DNA of 64,000 nucleotides from Eledone cirrhosa (lineage: Eukaryota). The notes under the pieces are model-generated. The model saw only the letters and a program-made list of their open reading frames with translations, was not told the origin of the DNA and ran no database searches. The stretch's first letter is position 1. Each line of letters opens with the position of its first letter. The position numbers were made by a program, and so were the translations under genes. Shown piece by piece: positions 51,101 through 64,000 of the stretch. The stretch spans positions 286,068,001 through 286,132,000 of the forward strand of contig OZ024743.1 in the NCBI GenBank assembly GCA_964016885.1. Direction: 5' to 3'.

Positions 51101-54100
51101 GCAAGCGTGAAAAATATTTCCCTTGTTAAACAGTGCTTTCTACTGCTAACATTAGTGAGCTGCACCTCCATATGGTACACATTTACAGCTAAAGTAGTCC
51201 TTAGCTGAAACTTGAGTAATTTATACTTGACATAACTCCTTATGGTTATATTCTTGTATTTAATCCTTCCATTTGATAATATATGTAGAGAAAATGCCTA
51301 ATTCATTGTAGCTTTGGTGATAATTAAAAATGGCTTCTTGTGTAATGAAATGGCAAGTATTTTTTTTCTGTTTGTGTGTGTGATCATCTAAAATAAAATA
51401 TCAGTAAAATTATCAAATTGTTTGTAAAGTTATAAATGTATTTTGTAAAGTTTTGCTCTCTATATTACCAATATGTTCAATTTTGTATTTCTATATTGTA
51501 TACTTGATTAAAGGTTATCTAAAATTTAAGAATTCTTCGATATATTGCTAATCTTTGATTGTCTGGTAGTTTATGCTTCTTTATTAAATAGCAGCTGACG
51601 TAGCTCCATTTAACAAAACAAAAATATAAAGATTACTTTTTTTACACAAATTTAATTTCAGTTACGAGATTTGATCAATGTTGGTATTTCAGTTTTAATA
51701 AAGTGTTAAAAATGTAATTCTTTGTGTGAGTCTTTCATAGAATTACATTTATGATTCTTGAGAATGTATAAAATGATTATTTCATAAAACATTTTAAATA
51801 TCTTAATTAGTGTAAGTTAAATTTTAAGGAAGTTTTAATTAAATATAAATTGTTTCTCCCTGATCTCTATGTATTGAACTGTTTGATGGGTTTCTCAATA
51901 TCATACATAACTTTACTTCTTACCATGAATTGACATCGCTTGTAGTGATCTTCTGTTGTACACCAACTATCATCCATCCATACGTCCTGAACCTTTTATG
52001 GAGTGATAGGGATGCTGTCATAATACATGCATTGGGTATTTTAAACCTGTCAGAGCCCATTCCTCTTAGGTTTGAGCACAGTAAATTATTTCTAGAGAAA
52101 GGGAAGGAGGGCAAGAGAGGAAGGATTGATCCTGGTACTGGACTGGTACTTTATTTATTGACCTTGAAGGCATGAAAATTAGAATTGACCTCAGAAAGCT
52201 ACTGAAAATATGAAACATTCTATCCAATGTTCTAAACATTTCATTAAAGAACAACATTCAGTTTCCTTAGGTTACTGTGCATGCATGGACAGGGACTATA
52301 ACAAAATGAACTAAAGTACGTAAATTTCTGTTGAGGTACCACTGGACTCTCATATTCTCAAAGCCTTTCTTCAACATATACATATCTATTCCTTTACTTA
52401 ATATACACTGCCTCACTTTCAGATAACATCACAATAATCTCCTTTCAACATTTCAAAGACATCACTTTACAAGATCTCTGACCATATATCAACCACATAG
52501 ATCCCTCGTTCCAACAAACAAAAATGTACTATCTACCATCTTCCTTCTTACCAACTAAAATACAACCAACCATCACACAGAAGACAAAAATACGAGACAC
52601 TATTATGCCTCAAAAACATTTCCCCCATATATTAAAAACAGTAAATAAAACGAAATGATGGCTAAACACACTCAGATCATTCACAAATACCACACTTGGT
52701 CAATATAAAAAAAGGTACCGTATTAGTGTACAAACAATACATTAGATTCATCATGAATTTTTACTAACCCTGTCTGGTCATTTCTCCACAATGGACAACA
52801 AAGACCAAACATAGTGCACATTGCATAATTACAAGGTACACACACACACCACATGAGTTACAAAATCCTGCTCCTCATCATCATCGTCATCATTTATCGT
52901 CAGTTCTCTCTGCTAGCACGAGTTTGGTGGGTGGTCACAGACCAAGTTAGTAGTTAATTGATGCTACTGACTTCTCAGAGAGGTCAGAGCAGAGTGCATC
53001 TCGCTTACATACATTCCCACATGCTACAGTGTACTAGGAAGGGCCAGACTTTCACTTGCTATATGAAATTTGAGGTTCTTCTCTAAATAAAATTTAATAT
53101 ACATGATTATTAATTTTTATATTAATGTTAATGATAAAGAATGAATAATATATATACATATAATTTTTGATGATTTAGTGTTAAAGAATAAAACTAATGA
53201 TAAAATAAAAATATATTCTAAAAAATGATATTCTTGAGGGTTATTGAGCCTTGAGGCTTATTTAGCTGAATAGGTAAGTCCAGCACTGGCACCGAGTTCA
53301 TTTTATTATGACACCAACATTAATGAAGTCGTTATGTCATTGACACATCGGAAGGACGCTACCGACTCTTTGTTTGGCAAATTTTCTACAGCTAGATATT
53401 CTTCCTATCACTAACGGTTTACAGTGTGTACCGAGTGCATTTTATCATGCCACCAACATTAGAGGTGTGTTCTTAACATAACTGAAGAGTCTTCTTGACA
53501 AAATATCATTAATATTTTTTAGTTAATTATTTGATACTTCTTGCATTAACTATGTTAGTACTTAAGAAACCGGTAAATTGGCAGAATCATTAGAGCGTCA
53601 AAGAAGTGCTTTTGCGGTACTGGAATCGATCTAATCAACTGCTTTCCTGTCCCCGAATTTCTAGCTTTGAGCCTTAGCTTAAATCTAAGAGTTGTTTCCC
53701 TTTCATTGAAACGCAGTATTAGAATTGTTCCCCATATTTGAGCTATTATTAGAGTTGTATCCCTTATATGAAAGGACGCTAATGTTGAATCAGATTGTGA
53801 AAAAGATTTCCGTCTTGCGACAAGAGTTGATACTGAGTTTCAATATTTGATATTGATATTTTTTTTTATATAATGTATGAATAACTCAGAATACTTCTTT
53901 AAATTGTAGCTCATCTTATATCTATTCTAGTAGAGGTTCTTCGTGTCTTTTACATGACGGACAATAGCGAATGCAACAGCCCGGGGGATAGCGAAGATGT
54001 ACTGAAAGAGCCAGTTAAATTTACGAGGTTCGCTCCCGCGGATGACCATCTCTGTTTCGATTTCCGGATGCTTTCACCGCTATGAATTCGTCGAGAAACC

Positions 54101-55027
54101 TATCGGAGAGCGGGGGGTAATTAGTTTGTGATCTTCAGCGTCAGTAACAGAACCTGGGTCTGACGCTAAATTCACCAGGTTCTCACTGGAGAACGTATCG
54201 CTGCAAGGTCGCATCTCAGATGCGAGGCTCACCACCTCGGAACGTGTTGTTTGTGATACATCCATTATTACGGAATAAATATTATGATTAAAATGTTTCT
54301 TTCATAGCGTTACCTCCCTTATACTAGTTATGAAAATTCACGAAGAAATTTATCTCTAGTAAAGCGGAAATTGATTCTGAGTTTCCATTGCCGATTGTTA
54401 TCATTTCGTTTATATTGTTCTTAGTCAAATCATGCCGAAAGGTCGACTTTGCTTTCCCCCCATCCCAGGAATCATAAAATAAGTCCCAGTTAAGTAACTG
54501 AGGGGCGATTCAATCGATTTTTCCTTCACACACAAATAAATGACCTTGTGCAAAAATTTGAAACCTTTATTATTATCGTTGAAAAGGGCGTGTCGAACAA
54601 AATATTCGCGAATATTCAGTTACGACCCTAAATGGTTTGAGTTTAAATCTCATCGAAGTCAATTTAGACTTCCATCCTTTCAAGTGTCGATAAAATGAAA
54701 TACCAGTGAAGTACAGTGGTTGATGAATTTTATTCCCACCCTAACCCCCCAACCACCACAAAAAAATCTGGGTATATGCATATGTTAAAAATAATAATAA
54801 TTATTGTTATTGAAAAGGCTAGCAAAGTCGGTAAATCATTATAGAAAAATAAATATTTGAAATATTTAGTTATGTCTCGTTAGGTTTCTTTAGTTAAAAA
54901 ATGCCGGCGATATAGACTTTGCTTTTTCATTCCATTGACAGCTGATAAATAAAACCCAGTCAAGAACTGTAGTAGATTTAATCACCCCTGCCCTCTTTCA
55001 CACAAGTTGGAATCGCAGACTAATATA

Positions 55028-55195
55028 ATTGTTTCTACTTTTGGCACAAGGCCAGCAAATTACCCAGTACATTACTGGTACTTTATTTTATCAACCCCGT
55101 AAGGATGAAAGGCAAAGTTAACCTCGCACACTAATATAATAATTGTTTCTTGTAAGGATGAAAGGCAAAGTCAACCTCGGCGGGATTTGAACTCA
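55028..55195 (-). mobile_element. tRNA-derived SINE fragments (Meta-domain-like); older copies at ~54430-55000
   Basis: Reverse-complement match to 25363-25548. Confidence 0.7.
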
Positions 55196-56720
55196 TATAA
55201 TAATAGTAATAATAAATTGTTATTGCACCATTCTCCTATATAACTTTACATCTTGTGTCTAAGAAATCAATAAGGTAGCGAATTGGTTGAGTCTTTAGAG
55301 TGGTGGATAGGAATACATTGTCATATTTCTTTGTACTCCCTGCGCTCCAAAGTCAACTTTGCCTTCATCCTCTCGGGATCGATAAAAACACAAGTCAAAG
55401 CACCTTCTTCCTTCCTTTCTTATTTATTTGGTTATCTGAATCGGCTACTTTGTGGTGTGTAAAGGGTCGTGGGAGACAATTCAGAGTGTCCCTTTCTCCA
55501 TTTCTGGTGAAAGCGTAAGCGAGGTGGGGGTTAAGCGACCTCTTCTAATCGAAAATCTATGTTATTTAAATCGTCCAAGGAAGGGATGACGTGCAGTACA
55601 GCACGGAACGATCTAAAAAGTAATCAATATTTTAACGAGCACAGCAGTGCTGTGCTATCTATTTAATATATAAGTGACTTGGGCTATTTGAAAATTATCT
55701 TGGTCATAGGACACATAATACTGTTGGTGACGCAATATGAACTAATCAACTATATATATATATATATAGATCGACTCAGTAACTGTTTTAAGGAAAGAAG
55801 AAAAGGTAGAATTTCACTGTCCTGACATTTCTTGTCAAGGTGACCTTTATGTAAATAACAGTTTCTTACTTAGTTACGAAACTTGAGTATTTATAACGGG
55901 CTGTGTCAAGAGTATTAGTGGCCTAACACTGAATAAGCGAAAAAGGGTCCTTGACTGTGATCGCCGGGTATGGAAACTTACTCCAACGATAATTGTTGCC
56001 ACTCTACTGTATTAGAGACAATGATAATGATAATGCACTGATGATGATGATCAGTTGCACTAGTAGCAGTAGCAGCAGCAGCGTCTTTGTACAATACAAA
56101 AACATTACGATAAAATACAATACAGAATCACTGACACACACACACACTTATACATGCATACATACACACACATTCCAGAGCTGTATTTGTTTGGCATGGG
56201 ATTTGATTTGAGATCGTTTGCTGCGACTAAAACAGTGATGTAGTATTAAACACAGAAACATACTTATATTCATTTTTTTACTTTATTATAATTTTTAGAA
56301 TTATTTTTCGGCATCAAAGTTTCCAGCGTACATCTATCTAGATCATGGTCACCGACATTCTACTTTACAGTATGACATATATTCACACATAGATAGATAT
56401 GTAGATAAAATAAGTCCCTGTCAACTATTATGAATAGTTATTCGATATACTTCTTCCCCAAGTATGTGATCAATGACAATTTTAGAAACAAATTATTAAG
56501 TAAAGTAAGTAAAGAGACACATTTCGAAATAGATAGAAAAAAAAAGACACGGTCAGTTGAGGTCTTATGATATACACTATTATTTTGTGCTAATAACAAC
56601 CACAAGTGGCCAGGAAGTAGATAGACATTTTTTTTGTAGGACTGCGAAGAAAAGGGAGGAAAAAAGTTGCTTATTTTACTAAATTAATGTCATGCCAACT
56701 GTTTTTAGTTCAGCAGTACG

Positions 56721-58002
56721 ACACTTCTCTCCATACCAGGGAAGGTCTATTGTCTGGTGATCCTGAACCGCATGCGTGGCATGGTAGACCAGGAACTGCG
56801 AGAACAACAGGCAGGGTTCCGACCAAAACGTTCCTGTGCAGAGCAGATCTTTACGCTACGCCGCATCATTGAGAGGTACAACGAATTCCAGAGACCCCTC
56901 GCCATCAGTTTCATCGATTTCTCCAAAGCATTCGATAGCATTCATCGACCGTCGCTCTGGAGCATCATGCATGAGTATGGTCTACCCCAGAAAGTCATTT
57001 CGGCAATCAAACAGATTTACGCAAACTCCAAGTGCTGCATACGGACAGAGAATGGTTACAGTGACTGGTTTGAGGTGGTTACTGGCGTGCGTCAAGGTCG
57101 CTCTCTCTCTCCAATTCTCTTTGCCATAGCCATTGACTGGGTACTAAGAAGAGCGTCTAAAGACCAGGGTATATCTTGGGTGGGAGAGCAAAAGTTGTCT
57201 GACCTGGACTTTGCGGACGATATTGCTGCACTTGCAGAGAGCACAGCTGACTTGCAAATCATTGTGAACAATATCAATGTCGAAGTAGGAAGCGTAGGTC
57301 TCAATATCAGTGCCAAGAAGACCAAAAGCATGTTATCAGGGACACACCCACCACCAACCAGTGTCTTCATTGAACAGGGGGAGGTTGAGATAGTGGACAA
57401 CTTCACCTACCTAGGAAGCTCCATTAACAATGAGGGCACCATGGACAGTGAACTGCAATGTGGAATGGGAAAGGCTTCAGCAGCATTTAACCAGCTTGAC
57501 AAGATCTAGAAGAGCAGGAAGTTCACCCTCAAAACAAAGATGAGATTCTACAACAGCAACGTGCTGTCCACACTCTTGTACGGAAGTGAAACATGGCACC
57601 TTAAGACCAGCCAAGAGAAGAAGTTGGACGCATTCGATTCCAGATGTCTGCGAAAGATCCTGGGGATTAAATGGAGTGACCATGTAACAAACCAGGAAGT
57701 CAGGAACCGCACCGACCAGCAGCTAGTCTCTTCTACTATCTCCAAGCGACGCCTGGGCTGGTTTGGACACGCTTTGAGACTTCCCCCCGGAGAGACTGGC
57801 GAACCAAGTACTTAAATGGAGCCCGCAGAGAAGCAGACGGAGAGGGCGACCCAAAAGGAGCTGGCGCCAGACAGTTGAGAGGGACCTGCGAACGACAAAC
57901 AGACAATGGCGGGACGCTGTGCAACTGGCTGCTGACCGAACGCGATGGAACACTATGATTGCCTCATGCGTCGCAAGATGCGGGAGCTTCTGAGTCTGAG
58001 TG
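56721..58002 (+). mobile_element. Young 5'-truncated RTE-clade LINE with 6-bp TSD
   Basis: TLLSIPGK, QAGFRPKRSC, FIDFSKAFDSI, GVRQG, DLDFADD, FTYLGS, LLYGSETW, WFGH, RGRPK. One in-frame TAG (57507) and one frameshift (~57785). (CTGAGT)-type tail. AGTACG flanks at 56715-56720 and 58003-58008. Confidence 0.92.
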
Positions 58003-58214
58003 AGTACGTCAGTTGGCTGACAGCGCAGACGATTCATTTTTTTTATTGCATCTTTTTATTTACTTATTTTTATTGTAACGGACTTTAGACCAAGTGAGAA
58101 ATGGTAGAAGGAGGGGCAAAGAGTGAAACAGAGAAAGACAGACGCACACGCGCACGAATAACTCCTAACATATATTTTCACACTTCTATCTAGAAACCTA
58201 ACTATCTATCTATA

Positions 58215-58595
58215 CATTCTTTTTTTCAAATACCACTTTGGAAGAAGAATCAGGATGGAGAGAGAGGTGCTGTACCCCAGCAAGTTTTATGAAAGGTGGG
58301 TGAAAGTGGCGAGAATGGCCCGAGTGAATGGGCCTTCTCTCTATATCAGCCTGTAAGTTGAGGAAAAGGAGGAGGAGAGGAAAGGAGTACAAACTCTTCG
58401 TACTCCTGGAGATGAGGGTTGCACATTTTTTCGGGGGTATGTGTTACCCATATAAACTGTCTCCCCCTATTGGGGAAAATCGACTAACTTTTTAAATTAC
58501 ATTTGTGATAACATTTTACACGTTTTTATTGTATGTAAACTTCCCCCTTTGTATTTGTCCCCTTCTTTTGTGCCCCTGTGGCTAATAAAGAAACA
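58215..58595 (+). mobile_element. Tx1/L1-like LINE 3' end
   Basis: FFKYHFGRRIRMEREVLYPSKFYERWVKVARM plus 3' UTR ending gctaataaagaaa. Homolog inverted at 59282-59850. Confidence 0.6.
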
Positions 58596-58682
58596 TATCT
58601 ATACATATATTATTCATATATTATTCAAAATATTAACAAATGAAGATATTCACATAATCAAAATATATGCTTTATTATATAT

Positions 58683-58744
58683 TTTATCTGACGAGGACGT
58701 ACTGAAAAAACAACACAGTACCTTCGAAATATATATATAATAAA
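58683..58744 (+). ncRNA. Type I hammerhead ribozyme motif inside a 65-bp perfect inverted repeat
   Basis: tttat-CTGACGA-GGACGTACTG-loop-CAGTACCTTC-GAAA-tatatatata-ataaa. Stem II has 9 of 10 pairs, cleavage triplet AUA. Confidence 0.75.
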
Positions 58745-59048
58745 GCATATATTTTGATTATGTGAATATCTTCATTTGTTAATATTTTGAATAATATTAA
58801 TAACTCCAGGAAAATTTTTCTTGTTGAGTGCTTTTAATCTATTGTAAAACTGTATTCATTGAGTAATCAACGAACCATATTAATCTTTGGTTATATCTAT
58901 ACATATATATGAAATATAAGTGTACAATATATATATATATATATACTAGACTACCATTCTAATATATATATATTGCCTGTACAGGTAATCAAAGTGTGTA
59001 TACATTTTTCGGGGACACCATATATATATATATATATATATATAATAA

Positions 59049-59142
59049 TACCGGGGTCCCTAAAAATGTATACACCATCCTAACAAATAATGCATGTATA
59101 GGCAATCAAAGTGGGTATACATTTTTGGGGGGACAACCTGTA
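59049..59142. mobile_element. Tc1/mariner-like MITE (~90 bp); partial second copy at ~58975-59020
   Basis: TA-ccggggtccctaaaaatgtatacac ... gtatacatttttgggggacaacctg-TA imperfect TIRs. Confidence 0.55.
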
Positions 59143-59281
59143 TATACACAAATATGAACATATATATATATAGAGAAAGTGTGTGCAAGCAAGCAAGCAA
59201 GCAAGCAAGCAATCAAGATCAGAGTTTTAGTAGTATATAGATATATAGATATAGATAGATAGATAGATAGGTAGATAGATA

Positions 59282-59850
59282 TATTTCTTTATTTGCCACA
59301 AGGGCGCACAAGAAAAGGGGACAATACAAAGACACATGCCGGGGATTTTACATACAGTCGTGTAAAAATATTGAAACAATTATAACAATCGAAATCCCCA
59401 ATAGGGGGGAAGCACCACAAATGGGTTGTTTAATACTCCGTCGATAGAACAACCCTCAACTTCGGGAGCGTATTGTGCAAGTGCTCCCTTCTTCCTTTTG
59501 CTCTCTTCTTTAACCTACAGGCTTATAAACAGAGAAGGTCCAATCACTCGGGCCATTTTCGCTTCATTCACCCATCTTTCAGTAAATTTACTGGGGTGAA
59601 GTGCCTCTCTCTCCAGTCTGATTCTCCTTCTAAAGTGATACTTAAAGAAGGGAATCAATTGTTGTCCGGAGAGAAAGGCATCTGTCCTCAGTCCTCTCAA
59701 TCTCGTCCACCATATAACCTCTTTCACCATAGCCACTGTACAGAGGAAAACCGCCTCTCTTTCGTTTTTGAAAGAGGCTCATTGAGAGTGAGGTGGAGTT
59801 CTGCGACGTCGACACGGACGAACTGGGCCTCCTACTTAGACTTACCTATG
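59282..59850 (-). mobile_element. Tx1/L1-like LINE 3' end
   Basis: ORF 59515-59736 KEVIWWTR...FFKYHFRRRIRLERE...FTERWV, polyA-signal tail (tttctttatt on + strand). Confidence 0.65.
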
Positions 59851-59879
59851 ACACTGACTACCTAGACAGCCATGACCTT

Positions 59880-61695
59880 AGACGTTTCTGCCCCAGTAGA
59901 CCCATAAGAGGTAGACCCCCCACCATAACCTCAATGGCAAAAAAGACTCCCATGGGAAGGTAGATTGGGTGGACCAAAGCTATACGGACCCCCCAAACAA
60001 TGATCAGGTAAGAAAAATGATCGCACATGCAATAGGAGCTAGTATCAAAACCACCCTAAAGGGCCACATATTCAAATTCAACGAGAAGATCTACACCCAA
60101 AATGAGGGAGCAGCTATTAGCGTCAGCATAGCTGGTGACGTTGCCAACCTTTTTATGGTATGGTGGGAAAGGAAACTCAAAGATCTCCTTGATGAGAGCT
60201 CCATAGACCTCATCATGTACTCTCGTTACGTAGACAACATCAATATAGTAATAAGGACATCCCCACAAGAGAGTACTAACAAGTTTGATTTAGAACGTAG
60301 CACAATGGAAAACATCCAGCAGATAGCTAATTCCATACACCAGAGTATAACTGTAACTATCGACTACCCTTCCAAACACCCTAACAATAGACTACCTGTA
60401 TTAGACACGGAACTCTGGATTAACACTATAGACGAGAGAGCCCAAATTCTCCACTCACACTATGCTAAACCCATGGCCTCCAAATACCTGATACTCAAAA
60501 ACTCAGCAATGTCCAGTAGTGCTAAGTTTAATATTCTGATCGCAGACTTGGTACGAGTGATGTGCGACCCAACAGAAATGGAAAGACACATCCAACACTT
60601 CATCAACTGCATGCAGTTCTCTGGCTACAACCAAAGAGACAGAATCAGAGTATACGAAGGAGCCACGGAGAAGTATAAGACCCTCATAGAACTGGACATG
60701 AAAGGAATTGGCCCATTATATAGGAGCAAATCATGGAATAGCTTAGATAGGACTAGACATAAGATAGGGAAAGCCACCTCATGGTACGACAACCAGAGAT
60801 ACCAGAGTGTCATGTTTGTGGACGCTACCCCTGGAGGGAAATTAGCTAACCAGTGTAGAAAGGCCCTGAGAAAGACCCACTTAAAGATTAAGGTGGTAGA
60901 AAAGCCAGGAACCACCATAAAATCCCTGATCAGCAAAACCTACCCTTTTAAGAAAACCCACTGTACTAATAGGAAATGTATTATATGTAAAGTAAACCCC
61001 CGGATAAACTGTAAAACTAGAAACGTAGTCTATAGCATAAGATGTACAGAGGGTACTTGCAGAAACATGACAACAACATACATAGGCGAGACAGCTCGTA
61101 GCATAGGTGAAAGGATAGACTAACACTGGCGGGAACTAAACGGACGAAAAAATGGTTCAGTACTATACGAATATGCCAGACATGCCAAACATAGAAATGA
61201 CCCAGCAGATAGGCAAATCAGAGAGGCCAGCGAAATAGAAGTTAGAAGGCCAAGGCTAAACAGAAAAAATGAATGGAATAACAACAACACCCAAACAAAC
61301 AATACTGACCTAAGAGAAGTATAAATAAATAAATAAATACATACACGAGCACAATAACAACAAACACATATAAACACGCACTAGTAAACTAAGATAGAAT
61401 ACAATAACCAATACACAGTCACCCAAACACGAACACACATCAAACACTACACACACACACACACGCAAACGCATGCGCAGAGAAGACAAAAAAAAAATAA
61501 ACAGACTAAATAAAGATGGCATAGGCATACAATACAACGGAAGGAAACATAATAGCACCACTGACGATGTTGCAGATGTGCAACGAAAGAACTTTGTTAG
61601 ACTATATATATGTGTTTGTGTCTATATTGTAACTGTATTTTTGACCGTTGGTCAGTCAATGGTAACATTGAGGACCGAATAAATTAAATTAACCG
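59880..61695 (+). mobile_element. Penelope-like retroelement (RT + Cys-rich linker + GIY-YIG), 5'-truncated and inactivated; probably Naiad-type
   Basis: FKFNEKIYTQNEGAAI, YSRYVDNI (YxDD decayed to DN), LPVLD, FVDATPGG, CxxxxCxxC..C, VVY..YIGETAR. Premature TAA at 61121 is followed in frame by RQIREA..P.LN.K.EW. Hammerhead remnant in the 3' region. Confidence 0.9.
61556..61600 (+). ncRNA. Hammerhead ribozyme motif in Penelope 3' region (stems I/III decayed)
   Basis: CTGACGA-t-GTTGCA-gatg-TGCAAC-GAAA. Perfect stem II, weak stems I and III. Confidence 0.55.
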
Positions 61696-61796
61696 ATATA
61701 AAAGACACAGAAGCGAAAACCAACCAAACAATGAGTGTGTTCTGTTATTAATTCTGGCAATATTATTACACAAATATGACCCTCCCCAAGTATAAC

Positions 61797-63479
<1,683 letters not shown>

Positions 63480-63480
<1 letters not shown>

Positions 63481-64000
63481 CAGACCTACTGGCTGTTACC
63501 CAATGGGCAGAGAAGAACAACATGTTACTGAACGAAGACAAATTCGAACTGATCCACTTTGGAAAAGAGGATGCTCTGAAACTCCCGTACTCCCTTCCCT
63601 CCGGGGAAACTCTCGTGGCATCTAACAACATCAGAGACTTGGGAGTAACCGTGGACAGCAACATAAGCTGGACCACGCATATAAGCAGCAAAGTTGACAT
63701 GGCCCGCAGAATGTGTTCCTGGATCCTCAGAACCTTCCAGTCGAGAGATTCCCGCACCATTATCCTTCTCTTCTCTACTTTCGCCCGACCACACCTTGAA
63801 TACTGTTGTCCACTGTGGTCTCCCCACACGAAACAAAGTATCATGAAACTTGAAGCTCCTCAAAGGGCAATCACGAAAAAGATAGATGGCATGTCAGACC
63901 TTGACTACTGGGGTCGATTAGAAAACCTGAAACTTTACTCACTCCAACGTCGCCGTGAGCGTTATATTATCTGCATGATGTGGAAAATGTTCCATCATCA
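63480..64000 (+). mobile_element. CR1/L2-group LINE RT C-terminal part (different family), runs off window
   Basis: Open frame [63 protein letters not shown]. Confidence 0.9.

Noticed and set aside
54120-54190. Antizyme +1 frameshift site or telomerase RNA interpretation of the pseudoknot
   Set aside because: The +1 frame after TGA stops within five codons and shows no antizyme similarity. No CUAACCCU template lies in the island.
55915-55975. GCCTAACACTG resembling a twister ribozyme 5' end
   Set aside because: Downstream twister motifs and pseudoknot pairings were not found.

Overview
AT-rich, repeat-dense eukaryotic DNA. The SINE, LINE and microsatellite content suggests a coleoid cephalopod (octopus-like); that is an inference. 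I can build two intron-containing protein genes on the + strand. (1) A 4-exon, ~655-aa gene at 8445-16567 joins four tandem 23-aa STPR-type repeats to a BTB/POZ domain and a long acidic Ser/Thr/Asn-rich tail. The 3' end of a tandem paralog sits at 1-271. (2) A 7-exon, ~173-aa gene at 31980-46377 has a probable GC-AG intron and resembles the N-terminal non-catalytic region of PDE9 as a stand-alone protein. The rest is mostly mobile DNA: CR1/L2-group, RTE, CRE, R4/Dong and Tx1/L1-like LINE fragments, a Penelope-like RT-GIY-YIG element, nested and tandem non-autonomous Helitron-type elements, tRNA-derived SINEs, MITEs and a 1.7-kb (TA)/(TACA) tract. At least four type-I hammerhead-ribozyme motifs with intact-looking cores are scattered across the window. 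A CpG-rich island near 54 kb contains a clean H-type pseudoknot. Gene models and alignments were read by eye, and TE boundaries are approximate unless termini are quoted.
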